Source: Nitrospirota bacterium
GTDB lineage: Bacteria > Nitrospirota > UBA9217
Assembly: GCA_963840455.1 (NCBI GenBank)
Contig: CAWIYV010000014.1
Coordinates: 533,469-597,468, forward strand
Length of the DNA stretch: 64,000 bases
Direction: 5' to 3'
Position numbers and translations under genes: made by a program. Every line of letters starts with the position of its first letter. Position 1 is the first letter of the stretch. A model generated the notes under the pieces. That model was not told the DNA's origin and made no database searches. It was given only the letters and a program-made list of their open reading frames with translations. Positions 28,507-40,351 of the stretch are shown in pieces.

Positions 28507-29904
28507 TTACGCTTTCTCCGTCACCAGTTTGATCGCGGCATGGACAATGTCCAGCATCCGCCCCAGCTCCTGTGGGGACATGGAGAGCGGTGGCATGAGC
28601 ACAATGACATTACCAAGGGGCCGGATGATGAGGCCGTTCTTGCGGCATTCCTGCACCACCCGGATGCCGATCTTGTCATCAAGCAAATAGGGCTCCTTGG
28701 TGAGCCTGCTCTTCACTAACTCGATACCCACCATAAAGCCCTTCTGCCTCGCCTCGCCGACGTGGGCGAGCTTCCTCAACTCTGACAAACCTTTCGCGAG
28801 CAGCTTGATCTTCGGCTGAAGCCGCTGGAGTGTCTTCTCTTTCCGGAACAGGTCGATGTTCGCAGCCGCCGCAGCGCAGGCAAGGGGATTGCCGGTGTAG
28901 GTGTGGCCGTGGAAAAAGGTCCGGAGGTGCCGGTGTTCACCGAGGAACGCCAGGTAGATCTCCTCCGTGGTCAGGGTCGCTGCAAGCGGCAGGTAGCCGC
29001 CGGTAATGCCTTTTGCCACAGCCATGATGTCGGGGACAACCTTTTCCTGTTCGCAGGCGAACATCGTGCCGGTCCTGCCGAAACCCGTCGCCACTTCGTC
29101 CGCGATCATCAGGATGTTGTTCCGGGTGCAAATGTCGCGGATGCGTTTCAGGAACCCCGGCGGCTGCAGGAGCATGCCCGCGGCACCCTGGACCAGAGGT
29201 TCGATGATCAGGGCCGCGGAAACGGACGCGAACTTCTGGATCGTACGCTCGGCATGCATGAGGCAGGTCATCTGGCACAAGGGATAGGTGAGGCCGAACT
29301 TGCAGCGGTAGCAGTAGGGGGATTCGATCCTGCGCGCCTGGAACAGGAGCGGTCGGTAGAGGGAATGGAAGAGAGCGATGCCGCCTACGCTGACAGAGCC
29401 GAGGGTATCGCCATGGTAGGCCTCGGTGAGGGACAGGAAGCCGGTCTTGCGCTGGAACTCGGGGCCCTTCTGCTGCCAGTACTGGAAGGCGATCTTGAGG
29501 GCCACCTCTACCGCCGTGGAGCCGTTGTCGGAATAAAAGACGCGGGAAAGCCCTTTCGGTGCTATGGCGACCAACTTCTCGCCAAGCAGGACCGCAGGGA
29601 CGTTCGAGAGACCGAGCAAGGTGGAATGGGCGATCTTTTTGAGTTGCCTTGAAACGGCCTGGTCGATCTCCTTCTTGCGGTGGCCGTGCACCGTGACCCA
29701 GAGGGATGATATCCCGTCGAGATAGCGCTTTCGCCGGGTGTCGACAAGCCAGCTTCCCTTGCCGCTCTCGATGATGACCTGCGGTTCCTTTTCCCAGTCC
29801 TGCATCTGGGTGAAGGGATGCCAGAGGTACTTCTTGTCCAGCTGTTCGAGCCTGTTCTTGGCGGAGGACAGCGGTGGTTTCGTGGCCGTTTTTTTCTTCG
29901 GCAT
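28507..29904 (-). CDS. bioA: Adenosylmethionine-8-amino-7-oxononanoate transaminase
   Basis: WHPFTQM, YSDNGSTAVEVALK, YHGDT, DEVATGFGRTG, AKGITGG, HGHTY. Confidence 0.94.
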   Translation of the reverse strand: MPKKKTATKPPLSSAKNRLEQLDKKYLWHPFTQMQDWEKEPQVIIESGKGSWLVDTRRKRYLDGISSLWVTVHGHRKKEIDQAVSRQLKKIAHSTLLGLSNVPAVLLGEKLVAIAPKGLSRVFYSDNGSTAVEVALKIAFQYWQQKGPEFQRKTGFLSLTEAYHGDTLGSVSVGGIALFHSLYRPLLFQARRIESPYCYRCKFGLTYPLCQMTCLMHAERTIQKFASVSAALIIEPLVQGAAGMLLQPPGFLKRIRDICTRNNILMIADEVATGFGRTGTMFACEQEKVVPDIMAVAKGITGGYLPLAATLTTEEIYLAFLGEHRHLRTFFHGHTYTGNPLACAAAAANIDLFRKEKTLQRLQPKIKLLAKGLSELRKLAHVGEARQKGFMVGIELVKSRLTKEPYLLDDKIGIRVVQECRKNGLIIRPLGNVIVLMPPLSMSPQELGRMLDIVHAAIKLVTEKA

Positions 29905-29979
29905 GGTCTGCTCCCGGGGAGGCTGGTGATCTTCTGGTATTATATTTCATCCCGAGGCGGTGTCAATCAGAAAAAGGGC

Positions 29980-30009
29980 TTGAAAACATTCGATTCTTTT
30001 TGGTACAAT
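29980..30009 (+). promoter_or_regulatory. Putative sigma70 promoter of the degQ-like gene
   Basis: TTGAAA-18 bp-TACAAT. Confidence 0.45.
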
Positions 30010-30053
30010 ACCCTGCTCTACCGGTAACGCAAAGCCAATGGAGGGTCGTTCTC

Positions 30054-31544
30054 ATGAATAGGAAACGTTTTTATCTTTCTGCTGCATTCATTCTCATCAT
30101 CGGGGTGTTCGTCGGCCTCGCGCTCTCGTCACGTCTCGAGATGACTTCGCCGCTGACGGCCAAGAGCCAGGTGTCGTCACGCTCGGTGGAGACGCTGTCC
30201 CAGCTCTCCGACGCACTCTCCGAGGTGGCGGGCGTGGCCACGCCGTCGGTGGTGAACATCTCGTCGACCCGTGTGATCAAGCAGAGCGAGCAGGCGCCCT
30301 ATGATTTCTTCGACGACCCCTTCTTTCGCAGGTTCTTCGGGGACCAGCTTCCCCGGCCCAACGCCCCGAAGGAGCAAAAGGAACAGAGCCTGGGCTCCGG
30401 CGTGATCGTGTCCGAGGACGGCTACATCGTCACGAACAACCACGTCATCGAGAAGTCCCAGGAGATCAAGGTCCTGCTGTCCAACAAGCGGGACTACAAG
30501 GCCAAACTCATCGGCGCCGACCCTAAGACCGACATCGCAGTCATCAAGATCGAGGCGACCGGGCTCACGGCCCTGCCCTGGGGCGACTCCACCAAACTGC
30601 GCGTCGGCGAGATCGTGTTTGCCATCGGCAATCCCTTCGGTCTGAACCAGACCGTGACCATGGGCGTCATCGGCGCTGTCGGCCGGGCCAACGTGGGCAT
30701 CGCCGACTACGAGGACTTCATCCAGACCGATGCTGCAATCAATCCGGGCAACTCCGGCGGCGCGCTCATTAATGCCCGGGGCGAACTGGTCGGGATCAAC
30801 ACCGCCATCGTCTCGCGCACCGGCGGCTATCAGGGCATCGGCTTTGCCGTGCCGAGCAGCATGGCCCGGCAGGTGATGGAGAGTCTCATCAAGTACAAGA
30901 AGGTCGTCCGCGGCTGGCTCGGCGTGAGCATCCAGGAGGTCACCTCGGACCTTGCCGAGGAGTTCGGTGTGAAGGACCTGAAGGGCGCCCTCGTGAGCGG
31001 CGTGATGAAGGGAAGTCCTGCCGAGAAGGCGGGACTCAAGCAGGGAGACGTGATCCTCAAGTTCAACGGCAAGGATGTGGAAGACACGGGTCACCTCCGC
31101 AACATGGTTTCCCAGAGCCCCATCGGGACCAAGGTCAAAGTAAAGGTATTCCGCGCCAAGAAGGAACTCGAGATCGAGGTGACGATCGCCGAACTGCCCA
31201 AGAAAGCAGGAGAGGCAGCGACCGAGGATGAACCCGGCGAGAACCAGGAGGAGAGCAACGCGCTCTCGGGCGTGACGGTGCGCGAGCTGACCCCCGAGCT
31301 TGCAAAACGCTTTGGCGCCAAGGAGGGAGACTCCGGCTTGGTAGTGGTCAGGGTCGACCCGAGCAGCAAGGCCTTCGAAGTGGGCATCCGGCCTGGTGAC
31401 ATCGTTCTGCAGATCAACCAAAAGGACATTGCGACGATCGAGGACTACAAAAAGGTCATCGCGAAGCTGAAGGCCAAGGAGAGGATCCTGCTTCTTGTCC
31501 GCAGGAAGGGCGAAGACCTCTTCCTGACGATCCGGCCGGAGTAG
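30054..31544 (+). CDS. DegP/DegQ (HtrA) serine protease with two PDZ domains
   Basis: TNNHV, TDIA, QTDAAINPGNSGG; two PDZ-like regions. Confidence 0.94.
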   Translation: MNRKRFYLSAAFILIIGVFVGLALSSRLEMTSPLTAKSQVSSRSVETLSQLSDALSEVAGVATPSVVNISSTRVIKQSEQAPYDFFDDPFFRRFFGDQLPRPNAPKEQKEQSLGSGVIVSEDGYIVTNNHVIEKSQEIKVLLSNKRDYKAKLIGADPKTDIAVIKIEATGLTALPWGDSTKLRVGEIVFAIGNPFGLNQTVTMGVIGAVGRANVGIADYEDFIQTDAAINPGNSGGALINARGELVGINTAIVSRTGGYQGIGFAVPSSMARQVMESLIKYKKVVRGWLGVSIQEVTSDLAEEFGVKDLKGALVSGVMKGSPAEKAGLKQGDVILKFNGKDVEDTGHLRNMVSQSPIGTKVKVKVFRAKKELEIEVTIAELPKKAGEAATEDEPGENQEESNALSGVTVRELTPELAKRFGAKEGDSGLVVVRVDPSSKAFEVGIRPGDIVLQINQKDIATIEDYKKVIAKLKAKERILLLVRRKGEDLFLTIRPE

Positions 31545-31577
31545 CCCCGCGAGGTTCGCCCGGGCGTTGACCTGTCA

Positions 31578-31655
31578 ATCCTCAGATGGCATGCTTATTC
31601 TGATCGCTTGCTGACCCCCGGCAAACTGCGGGGAATGTGCTCGCTCCTGGATTCA
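31578..31655 (+). repeat. Double-hairpin miniature element, partial copy C
   Basis: ATCGCTTGCTGACCCCCGGCAAACTGCGGGGAATGTGCTCGCTCCTGGATTCA matches the 3' half of copy B. Confidence 0.75.
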
Positions 31656-31699
31656 TACATACGTGAATATAATTCTTCTATAAAGGAGGTGAGTTCATA

Positions 31700-32719
31700 A
31701 TGGGTCTTGTCCTTATTCGTATCATTTTTGTCTTTATCGGGACGCTTCTGGGTTATTACGTCTCGACGCAGCTCGACGAACAGATCAGCAAGGTGGAGGG
31801 CATGGCCATTGGGTTCGCCGTGGCCATCAGCATCATCCTGACCGAGTTCCTCTTCCGGCGGGTGGCCCTTAAGGTCATCATCGGCGGCATCCTGGGATTC
31901 ATCATCGGTCTTACGTCCGCAAATATCATTGCCGCGCCGTTGAAGCTCGTGCCGCTGGAACGGAGCATCGTGAACTTCCTGGTCCTGCTCATGAACGCGT
32001 TCTTCGGCTACATGGGCGTGACCATCGGCATCCGGGAAGGGGAGCGGTTCAACCCGGCGAACATCAAAAAGCTCTTCAAGGGAGGAGCAGACGAGAACCT
32101 CAAGATCCTCGACACCAGCGTGATCATCGACGGCAGGATCGCCGACGTGTGCGAGACGGAGTTCCTCGACGGCACGCTCATCATCCCGCAGTTCATCCTG
32201 CAGGAGCTGCAGCACATTGCAGATTCCTCGGACTCTCTCAAGCGCGCCCGCGGCAGAAGGGGGCTCGACATCCTTCACCGCATCCAGAAGATGGGCCACA
32301 TGGAGGTCCGGATCGTCGATGACGACTTCCCCAAGATCCGCGAGGTGGACAGCAAGCTCATCGCGCTCGCCAAACGCATGGGCGCCAAGGTCATCACCAA
32401 TGATTTCAACCTGAACAAGGTTGCCGAGCTGCAGGGCGTGACAGTGCTGAACATCAACGACCTGTCGAACGCCGTGAAGCCGGTGGCGCTGCCGGGCGAG
32501 ACCATGCGCGTATTTGTGTTGAAGGAAGGCAAAGAACCCGGCCAGGGCGTTGCCTACCTCGACGACGGCACCATGATCGTAGTGGAGAACGGCAGGCGGT
32601 TCATCAGCAAGAACGTGGAGGTCTCGGTAACGAGCGTGCTCCAGACCGCGGCGGGCAGGATGATCTTCACCCGGCTCAAGGAGGACGCGGAGCACGAACT
32701 GCAGGGCGCGGAGCGGTAG
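31700..32719 (+). CDS. PIN/TRAM domain membrane protein (YacL-like)
   Basis: N-terminal TMs; [36 protein letters not shown]. Confidence 0.9.
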   Translation: MGLVLIRIIFVFIGTLLGYYVSTQLDEQISKVEGMAIGFAVAISIILTEFLFRRVALKVIIGGILGFIIGLTSANIIAAPLKLVPLERSIVNFLVLLMNAFFGYMGVTIGIREGERFNPANIKKLFKGGADENLKILDTSVIIDGRIADVCETEFLDGTLIIPQFILQELQHIADSSDSLKRARGRRGLDILHRIQKMGHMEVRIVDDDFPKIREVDSKLIALAKRMGAKVITNDFNLNKVAELQGVTVLNINDLSNAVKPVALPGETMRVFVLKEGKEPGQGVAYLDDGTMIVVENGRRFISKNVEVSVTSVLQTAAGRMIFTRLKEDAEHELQGAER

Positions 32720-32827
32720 CGGCATGCGAAACATGCCGAATTCACAATTCAAGGTTCAAAATCTAAAATAGCGGAATGTCTTTTTTGAATTTTTCATTTT
32801 ACGTTTTGAATTCTTTCAGGAGGAAAG

Positions 32828-33580
32828 ATGTCAGGGCATTCAAAGTGGGCAACGACAAAGCATAAGAAGGCCGCTACTGATGCAAAGCGCGGCAAGATCT
32901 TCACCAAGATCACCAAGGAGATCACCGTGGCGGCCAAGCTGGGCGGCGGCGACCCCGACGGCAATCCCCGGCTCCGTACCGCTGTGGCCAAGGCCAAGAG
33001 CGTGAGCATGCCGGCGGAGAACATCAAACGGGCCATCCAGAAAGGCACCGGTGAGCTGCCCGGCGTGTCCTACGAGGAGATAACGTACGAGGGATACGGC
33101 CCGAACGGCGTGGCGATCATCGTCGAGGTCCTGACGGACAACCGGAACAGGACGGTCTCCGAGATCCGCAATATCTTCAGCAAGGCCGGTGGCAACATGG
33201 GTGAGACTGGCTGTGTCTCCTGGATGTTCCATAAGAAAGGGTACATTGTCGTGGCCCGTGCCAAGTCAGACGAAGAGAAGCTCATGAGCCTGGCGCTGGA
33301 CGCCGGTGCTGAGGACATGCAGACCGAGGATGACAACTTCGTCATCACTACGGCGCAGAGCGATTTTGAAAAGGTCAAGAAAGCGCTCGAGGACGCTGGC
33401 ATTCCGCTCGAGGTCGCCGAGGTCACGATGGTTCCCCAGACCTACGTGAAGATCGACGGGGAAAAGGTCGCCGGGCAGATGATGCGACTCATGGAGGCCA
33501 TCGAGGACAACGACGACGTGCAGAATGTGTACGCGAACTTCGACATCCCCGACGAAGTGATGAACGCGGTGAGCGCGTAG
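32828..33580 (+). CDS. yebC: YebC/PmpR family protein
   Basis: MSGHSKW, NPRLR, YEGYGP, TDNRNRT, DDVQNVY.N. Confidence 0.95.
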   Translation: MSGHSKWATTKHKKAATDAKRGKIFTKITKEITVAAKLGGGDPDGNPRLRTAVAKAKSVSMPAENIKRAIQKGTGELPGVSYEEITYEGYGPNGVAIIVEVLTDNRNRTVSEIRNIFSKAGGNMGETGCVSWMFHKKGYIVVARAKSDEEKLMSLALDAGAEDMQTEDDNFVITTAQSDFEKVKKALEDAGIPLEVAEVTMVPQTYVKIDGEKVAGQMMRLMEAIEDNDDVQNVYANFDIPDEVMNAVSA

Positions 33581-33658
33581 TGGAGAGCCGACAGCTCCTG
33601 GCGGGAGCTGCTGCCAGGGGTCACGAACGATGAGCTACGGGCCATCGAGGGGGAGATC

Positions 33659-34183
33659 ATGAGGGTGCTGGGTATCGATCCGGGGACGCTCACGAGCGGG
33701 TACGGCATCGTTTCCGAAGAAGACCACAAGCTGTTCCACATCGTGTCGGGCGGCATCAGCCCGTCGGCGAAACAGCCTTTTCCGAAGCGGCTCAAGAAGA
33801 TCTACGAGGAGCTGGAGAAGATCATCGAGAAGTACAAGCCCCACGTGGTCGTGGTGGAGGACCTGTTCGTGTCGCACAACATCAAGGCGGCGCTCAAACT
33901 GGGACACGCGCGGGGTGTTGCGATCCTTGCGGCGGTGAACGCGGGCATCCCGGTGTTCGAGTACGCGCCCACGGAAGTGAAGCAGGCGGTGGTGGGAACG
34001 GGCAAGGCCGACAAGAAGCAGGTCCAGGCGATGGTAAAGGCGCTGCTGGAACTTCCCAAGGCGCCCCATCCGGCCGATGCGGCGGACGCCCTTGCCGCGG
34101 CCATCTGCCACATCCATTCCTCCCGCATGCGGGAGATGCTGAAAAGCTCCTCTTCCCTCAAGGGGACGGGCAGAACGCGATGA
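33659..34183 (+). CDS. ruvC: Holliday junction resolvase
   Basis: LGIDPG, VEDLF, LGHARG, DAADALA.AICH. Confidence 0.96.
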   Translation: MRVLGIDPGTLTSGYGIVSEEDHKLFHIVSGGISPSAKQPFPKRLKKIYEELEKIIEKYKPHVVVVEDLFVSHNIKAALKLGHARGVAILAAVNAGIPVFEYAPTEVKQAVVGTGKADKKQVQAMVKALLELPKAPHPADAADALAAAICHIHSSRMREMLKSSSSLKGTGRTR

Positions 34184-34785
34184 TCGCCTGGTTGAGGGGG
34201 GCTGTTCAGCGCAAGACGGCCGACTCAGTCATCATCGATGTCTCCGGTGTGGGCTACCTGGTGTCCATACCGGTGTCCACGCTCGGCGCGGTCCCCGAGC
34301 CCGGGGAAGAGATCAGCCTCCACATCCATACCCACCTCCGCGAGGATTCCCTCAGCCTCTTCGGTTTTGCCACGGAACTGGAGAAGGGGCTTTTCCAGCT
34401 CCTATTGGGCGTTTCCGGCATAGGGCCGAAGCTTGCTCTATCGGTCCTGTCGGGACTCTCGGCGCAGGACCTTCTGGCCGCCATCGGGTCGTCTGATGAT
34501 GCGAAGCTCTGCTCAATCCCCGGCATAGGCAAAAAGACGGCTGCGCGGCTCTGCCTTGAGCTCAAAGACAAGGTCCGGCAGCTGGTGCCGGAAGCTCGGC
34601 TGCAGACCGGGGCCGGTGCATCTGTCCTGTCCGGGCATCTTGATGATGCTGTCTCCGCGCTTGTCAACCTGGGCTACAAGAGGCCCGTTGCCGAGGATGC
34701 CGTGAAGAAGATCGACCAGGGCCGCCCGGACCTCCGCATCGAGGACCTGATCCGGGAAGCCTTGAGCACGTTGATGAAACGATAG
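34180..34785 (+). CDS. ruvA: Holliday junction branch migration protein A
   Basis: GVGY, LFGF, VSGIGPKLA, PGIGKKTA.R, LVNLGY. Confidence 0.96.
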   Translation: MIAWLRGAVQRKTADSVIIDVSGVGYLVSIPVSTLGAVPEPGEEISLHIHTHLREDSLSLFGFATELEKGLFQLLLGVSGIGPKLALSVLSGLSAQDLLAAIGSSDDAKLCSIPGIGKKTAARLCLELKDKVRQLVPEARLQTGAGASVLSGHLDDAVSALVNLGYKRPVAEDAVKKIDQGRPDLRIEDLIREALSTLMKR

Positions 34786-34873
34786 CATACCAGCCGCTCA
34801 CCGGCTGTCCGATGCCGCCGGTCGGGAGGATAGCCGCAGACCTCCGTCTGCGTGAAGGGACCAAGGAAGAACG

Positions 34874-35893
<1,020 letters not shown>

Positions 35894-36090
35894 ATACAAA
35901 AGAATCAATTTATCATAAGATGGCAAGAACAGTTCACCGCGAAGATGCGAAGTGCGCGTAGAAAATCTTATGGTTGGATTTCTCAAAGCATGAAAGCCTT
36001 GGCGACCTTCGCGCCTTGGCGGTTCAAAGGTTTTGATTCTGCCTTGTCCGGGACAGGGTATCGCTGGATTACGCGAGGAAACCGAAGATC

Positions 36091-36312
36091 ATGAAAAAAG
36101 ACCGCGCAAGACCGGGAGACAAGGCCGAGGACAAGGCGCTGCCGGTCGCTGCGTCATCCCGGCCGTTCCTGTACTATCTGGTCGCCACGGCGATGGTCTG
36201 CGGTGCCCTGGTCATGGTCATCGAGATCCTGGGCTCACGCGTCACCGGACCGTTCTTTGGCGCCAGCTTCTTCGTCTGGACATCGCTGATCACGGTGACG
36301 CTGGTCGCATGA
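36091..36312 (+). pseudogene. N-terminal fragment of a fused MFS/spermidine synthase-like membrane protein
   Basis: GALVMVIEILGSR..GPFFGAS.FVWTSLI.VTL motif, ending after only two TM helices. Confidence 0.6.
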
Positions 36313-36839
36313 ACATCCTATTTCATATCTGCTGCGCTCCCTGCGCCATCTATCCGCTGTCCCGTCTGCGCAAGCAGGGGTTCTCCGTCCAGGGATACTT
36401 TTACAATCCCAATATCCATCCTTACCTTGAATACCAGAAGCGCATGAGCACGGTGCAGGAATTCTCGGCCCGCGCGGGCCTGTCTGTATCGTACCGGGAT
36501 GGATACGATCTTGACGAGTTCATCATTCGCGTCGCGGGAAAAGGTAAGGGGCGATGCGAGCAGTGCTACCGGATGAGGCTTGATGCAGCGGCAGCGGAAA
36601 CCAACAGGAGCGGGTCCAGTCTGTTCACGACCTCGCTGCTGTACAGTAAATACCAGAACCACGATCTCATCCGGGCCGTGGCAGAGGAAATGGCCCGGGA
36701 GCACCGGGTCGAGCTCTACTACGAGGATTTCCGACAAGGCTGGCGCGAGGGGATCGTGGAGTCGAAGGCCATGGGACTCTATCGCCAGCAGTACTGCGGG
36801 TGCGTCTATAGTGAGCGGGATAGATATAAAAGCAGATGA
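36309..36839 (+). CDS. queH: Epoxyqueuosine reductase QueH (DUF208)
   Basis: HICCAPC, FYNPNIHP..EY, RCEQCY.MRL, YRQQYCGC. Confidence 0.9.
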   Translation: MNILFHICCAPCAIYPLSRLRKQGFSVQGYFYNPNIHPYLEYQKRMSTVQEFSARAGLSVSYRDGYDLDEFIIRVAGKGKGRCEQCYRMRLDAAAAETNRSGSSLFTTSLLYSKYQNHDLIRAVAEEMAREHRVELYYEDFRQGWREGIVESKAMGLYRQQYCGCVYSERDRYKSR

Positions 36840-36915
36840 GGCCGATGGCAGTCACAAGAGGATGAACAGCGCTGCATCAGTATCAGTCCGCTTGCACCAA
36901 AATCTGAAATGGCAT

Positions 36916-38007
36916 ATGCATGTGAATAAAAGCTGCGTGAAAATCTGTTTCGCTGTCCTGATCCTGCTCTCAGCAAAACCCTCCCTTGCCGAGAACATCC
37001 GCGTGGCGATCGCGGACAACCAGCGGTTGGTGACGCTTCAGACCGCCGCGGGTCTTCGGATCGAGGGCTCTCCCGGCCATCGCCAGGAGAAGGCGGTCAC
37101 CTTTCGGGCGGCCGATATGGGACGCCAACCCGTTCGCGTTTCGTCTTCGGGCGAACAGGTCAAGGTGAACGGCAAGGCGTACCGCGGCACGATTGAGATA
37201 CGAAAAAAAGGGAACGGCACGCTCCTCGTCATCAACGACCTCGACTTGGAGTCCTATCTCCTGGGCGTGGTCGCCGCGGAGATCCCTGCTGACTGGGAAA
37301 TGGAGGTACTGAAGGCGCAGGCTGTGGCATCGCGCACCTATGCGCTGTATCAAAAGCAGAATGCCGGCAGGCGGCTCTATCACATCCTGGCGACCGTGGA
37401 CAGCCAGATGTACCTGGGAAAGCGGGGAGAGCGGCAGCGCGCGGCTCAGGCGGTCAAAGAGACTCGGGGCATGATCATCACCTATCATGGCGAGGTGATC
37501 CCCGCATTCTACCATGCAAGCTGTGGCGGACATACCGAGGACGCCCTTGTGCTGTGGGGCATCGATGAGCCCTATCTCAAAGGCGTCGATTGTGATTGCC
37601 AGAACATCTCCACGTACGGTTCGTGGGAGAAGCGGGTGACGATGGCGGGCATCATTCGGGCCTTGGGCCGGGAAGGGTATCGGCTGGGAAAGGTCAACAG
37701 CGTCGAGATCGGCACGCTGACCGCTGCGGGTCGGGTAAAGAACGTGCTGTTCCGCCATGCGGGCGGGACAACATCGGTCCCCGCGGAGACCCTCCGGGCG
37801 ACGCTAGGATATTCTTCGCTTCCCAGCATATTTTTTGAACCGGAGATCATTGGTCGGGAGGTCGTGCTGTCCGGCCGGGGCCTTGGTCACGGTGTCGGGC
37901 TTTGCCAGTGGGGCGCAAAGGAGATGGCGCGGACCGGCGCTGATTATCAGGCCATCCTTGCCTATTACTACCCCGGGACCGCTCTTGCCCGGAGGGGAGT
38001 GCGCTGA
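36916..38007 (+). CDS. SpoIID/LytB domain peptidoglycan hydrolase
   Basis: YL.GVV.AE, LKAQAVASRTYA, GGHTE, GLGHGVGLCQWGA, IL.YYYPG; start approximate. Confidence 0.9.
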   Translation: MHVNKSCVKICFAVLILLSAKPSLAENIRVAIADNQRLVTLQTAAGLRIEGSPGHRQEKAVTFRAADMGRQPVRVSSSGEQVKVNGKAYRGTIEIRKKGNGTLLVINDLDLESYLLGVVAAEIPADWEMEVLKAQAVASRTYALYQKQNAGRRLYHILATVDSQMYLGKRGERQRAAQAVKETRGMIITYHGEVIPAFYHASCGGHTEDALVLWGIDEPYLKGVDCDCQNISTYGSWEKRVTMAGIIRALGREGYRLGKVNSVEIGTLTAAGRVKNVLFRHAGGTTSVPAETLRATLGYSSLPSIFFEPEIIGREVVLSGRGLGHGVGLCQWGAKEMARTGADYQAILAYYYPGTALARRGVR

Positions 38008-38115
38008 TCTGATGGGTCTCACCATTAAGGGCTATTCGCGTCTGAAAATATCGTCGCAATATGCTATAGTAGCAGCCAATCTCTCTCTGCGCTAAGATAC
38101 AAGGAACGAACATTC

Positions 38116-38907
38116 ATGGAAAAAAAACAGGGACGAACTACGGTAAAAAAACAGACGATGCAGGCTCAAGCGCCTCTGTCCAAGACCGCGGTGATCGCTA
38201 CGATCCTCCTCGCGCTGTATACCGGCTATTTTACTGCATCGTCGTTCCGGAGGAACAGCATCTACCACAATCCCGTGACGCTCTGGAAGAGCGCGGTGCA
38301 GAGCGCGCCTGACAAGCGGCGCACTCACGAGAATTACGGCCAGGCGCTCTCCACGGCAGGCCTGCTGCAGGAGGCCCTGACGCAGTTCAAGACCGTCCTT
38401 GCTCTTCCCGACGACGGGAGCGTACCGATGCGCGACGTGCTTCGGGAGATCGGGGTGGTCCATTTCCGGCTCGGCCAGATCGATGAATCGATAGCCTCCT
38501 GGAAGAAGGGGCTTGAATATGCCAATATGGACCCGGGCCTGCTGAACAACATTTCCATCGCCCTGATGCGGCAGAACCGGCTCGACGAGGCCCTCGCCTA
38601 CGCGGAATCGGCGCGTCGGATGAACCCCTATATGCCGGAGCCCGCGAACACCCAGGGAGAGATCTACATGGCGAAAAAGGAATATGCCAAGGCCGCGGAG
38701 AGCTTCCTGATCTTTCTGCAGCTCCGGCCGGAGGATTCTCGCGGATACTGGAACGCTGCCCTGGCGTTCGAAAGGGCAGGGGACTATGAGAAGGCTTTGC
38801 GGTTCGCCAACCAGTTCCTTGCCATGGAGCCGGACCCAAAGTATCGGCAGGCGGCAATGCAGTTGGTAAACAGTTTGAACAGCAGAATGGGTGCCGTGAG
38901 GAAATGA
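38116..38907 (+). CDS. Membrane-anchored tetratricopeptide repeat protein
   Basis: One TM, RNSIY..PVTLW..AV...P.K.R motif, then TPR-like repeats. Confidence 0.75.
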   Translation: MEKKQGRTTVKKQTMQAQAPLSKTAVIATILLALYTGYFTASSFRRNSIYHNPVTLWKSAVQSAPDKRRTHENYGQALSTAGLLQEALTQFKTVLALPDDGSVPMRDVLREIGVVHFRLGQIDESIASWKKGLEYANMDPGLLNNISIALMRQNRLDEALAYAESARRMNPYMPEPANTQGEIYMAKKEYAKAAESFLIFLQLRPEDSRGYWNAALAFERAGDYEKALRFANQFLAMEPDPKYRQAAMQLVNSLNSRMGAVRK

Positions 38908-38943
38908 ACCAGGAGAACAGTGGTAAAGATAAATTAATCGTCC

Positions 38944-39190
38944 ACCCGTGAGGTCCAGAAAAGGCTGCCGCTAGGCGAGAAGTCGGACGATTTCTTTTTC
39001 GACAGCGAGATGCTGGCTCAGGCCGCGTACTTCGCTGTCTGGAGAAATGCTTTGCGGAAGCCTCCTCCATCACTTCGACCTCAGTACGAAGTACGGCTTC
39101 GGCGTCCTGGGGACGACGCTGAAGTTCGTTCTTCAGAAAAAGGGGATTGGCACACGCGGCGATGTTCTGCCGCACAAAAAGGAAGATCTC
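38944..39190 (+). pseudogene. Decayed C-terminal remnant of a GT2 (DPM-synthase-like) glycosyltransferase
   Basis: TREVQKRLPLGEKSDDFFFDSEMLAQAAYF...EASSI, then shifted frame KYGFGVLGTTLKFVLQK. Confidence 0.6.
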
Positions 39191-39226
39191 GGGGCCGGAT
39201 GCCCTCATGACGCGAGGGAGGAAGGC

Positions 39227-40351
39227 TCAGGACGCGTCCTGCGGAGATGGGGTGACGCGGTTCCTTCCGTCTTCCTTCGACCGGTAGAGCGCGTCGTCTG
39301 CCTGTTTGAGAAGTTCCTCCGGGCGCAGGTCATCGCTCCCGCTCAATCCTGCCACGCCGAGACTGACGGTCAAGGCCGTCCCCGAGAACCTGTCCTTGAT
39401 ACCGAAGGAATGCCGCTCAACAACCCGCCGGATCCGCTCAGCCACCTTCAGGGCAATGGCGAAATCCAGTTCGGACAGAAGGATCGCAAACTCCTCACCG
39501 CCGTATCGGAAGCACATGTCCATGGTCGTATACCGGCACTGCCCCTTGATGACCGTGGCCAGCTCCTTGAGGACGGCGTCGCCCGCCTGGTGACCGTAAT
39601 TGTCGTTGAACTGCTTGAAATGATCGATGTCCAGCATGATGAGCGAGAGCGGCTTGCCGGTCCTGCTCCGGCGGTTGACCTCCTGCTCCAGTCGTTCCTT
39701 GAACACCCGGTGGTTGTAGAGGCCCGTCAGGCCGTCGAGCTGGGCAAGCTCTTCGGTCCGGGTGAACAGGTGGGACTTCTCGATGCCTGCGGAGATCTGG
39801 TGGGAGATCAGAGCGAGGAAGTCCATGTCCTCGACCGTGAGGCCGTACTTCACCGGGCTGTCGATGCCGATCACCCCGATGGCGGCGTTCCGGGATTTCA
39901 GGGCAATGCCGATGTACGCGCCGTCGCGCTTCTCTTCTCCCGGGACGTGGATGAAATCGTTGAAGGTCTCGTAGAAAAGAGAAAGGTCGTGTATGTGCGA
40001 GTGCTCGCCGACCTCGACGATCCTCCCCGGCAGCCCTTCGCCGATGCCGATGGAAACGGCGCCCTCGACCGGAAGGCCTTTGGCGTAGCGGAGGACCAGC
40101 TTCTCCTGGGGCTCATCGGTCAGGTAGAAGGTGATGCGGTCGAAATTGATGGATTTGTGAATATAGCCGATGATTTCGGGTATCATCGCCTGGAGGTCGT
40201 TGGTTGCGGCGATGATCTTGGAGATATTGTAGAACGTGTGGGCCTGGTTGTTCGACTTTTCGAGCATGCTCCCCAGGCTGTTGTACCGGGTGCGCTGTTC
40301 CCCGAGCTCCTGTTCGAGCTGGCGTATGCGCGCCTTTAGTTCTTCTGACAT
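39227..40351 (-). CDS. GAF-GGDEF diguanylate cyclase
   Basis: GAF region; DGLTGLYN, DIDHFK.FND.YGH..GD, RYGGEEF. Confidence 0.92.
   Translation of the reverse strand: MSEELKARIRQLEQELGEQRTRYNSLGSMLEKSNNQAHTFYNISKIIAATNDLQAMIPEIIGYIHKSINFDRITFYLTDEPQEKLVLRYAKGLPVEGAVSIGIGEGLPGRIVEVGEHSHIHDLSLFYETFNDFIHVPGEEKRDGAYIGIALKSRNAAIGVIGIDSPVKYGLTVEDMDFLALISHQISAGIEKSHLFTRTEELAQLDGLTGLYNHRVFKERLEQEVNRRSRTGKPLSLIMLDIDHFKQFNDNYGHQAGDAVLKELATVIKGQCRYTTMDMCFRYGGEEFAILLSELDFAIALKVAERIRRVVERHSFGIKDRFSGTALTVSLGVAGLSGSDDLRPEELLKQADDALYRSKEDGRNRVTPSPQDAS

Noticed and set aside
36033-36839. 268 aa ORF as an N-terminally extended QueH
   Set aside because: The extension is the alternate frame of the truncated membrane-protein fragment; family similarity starts at MNILFHICC (36309)
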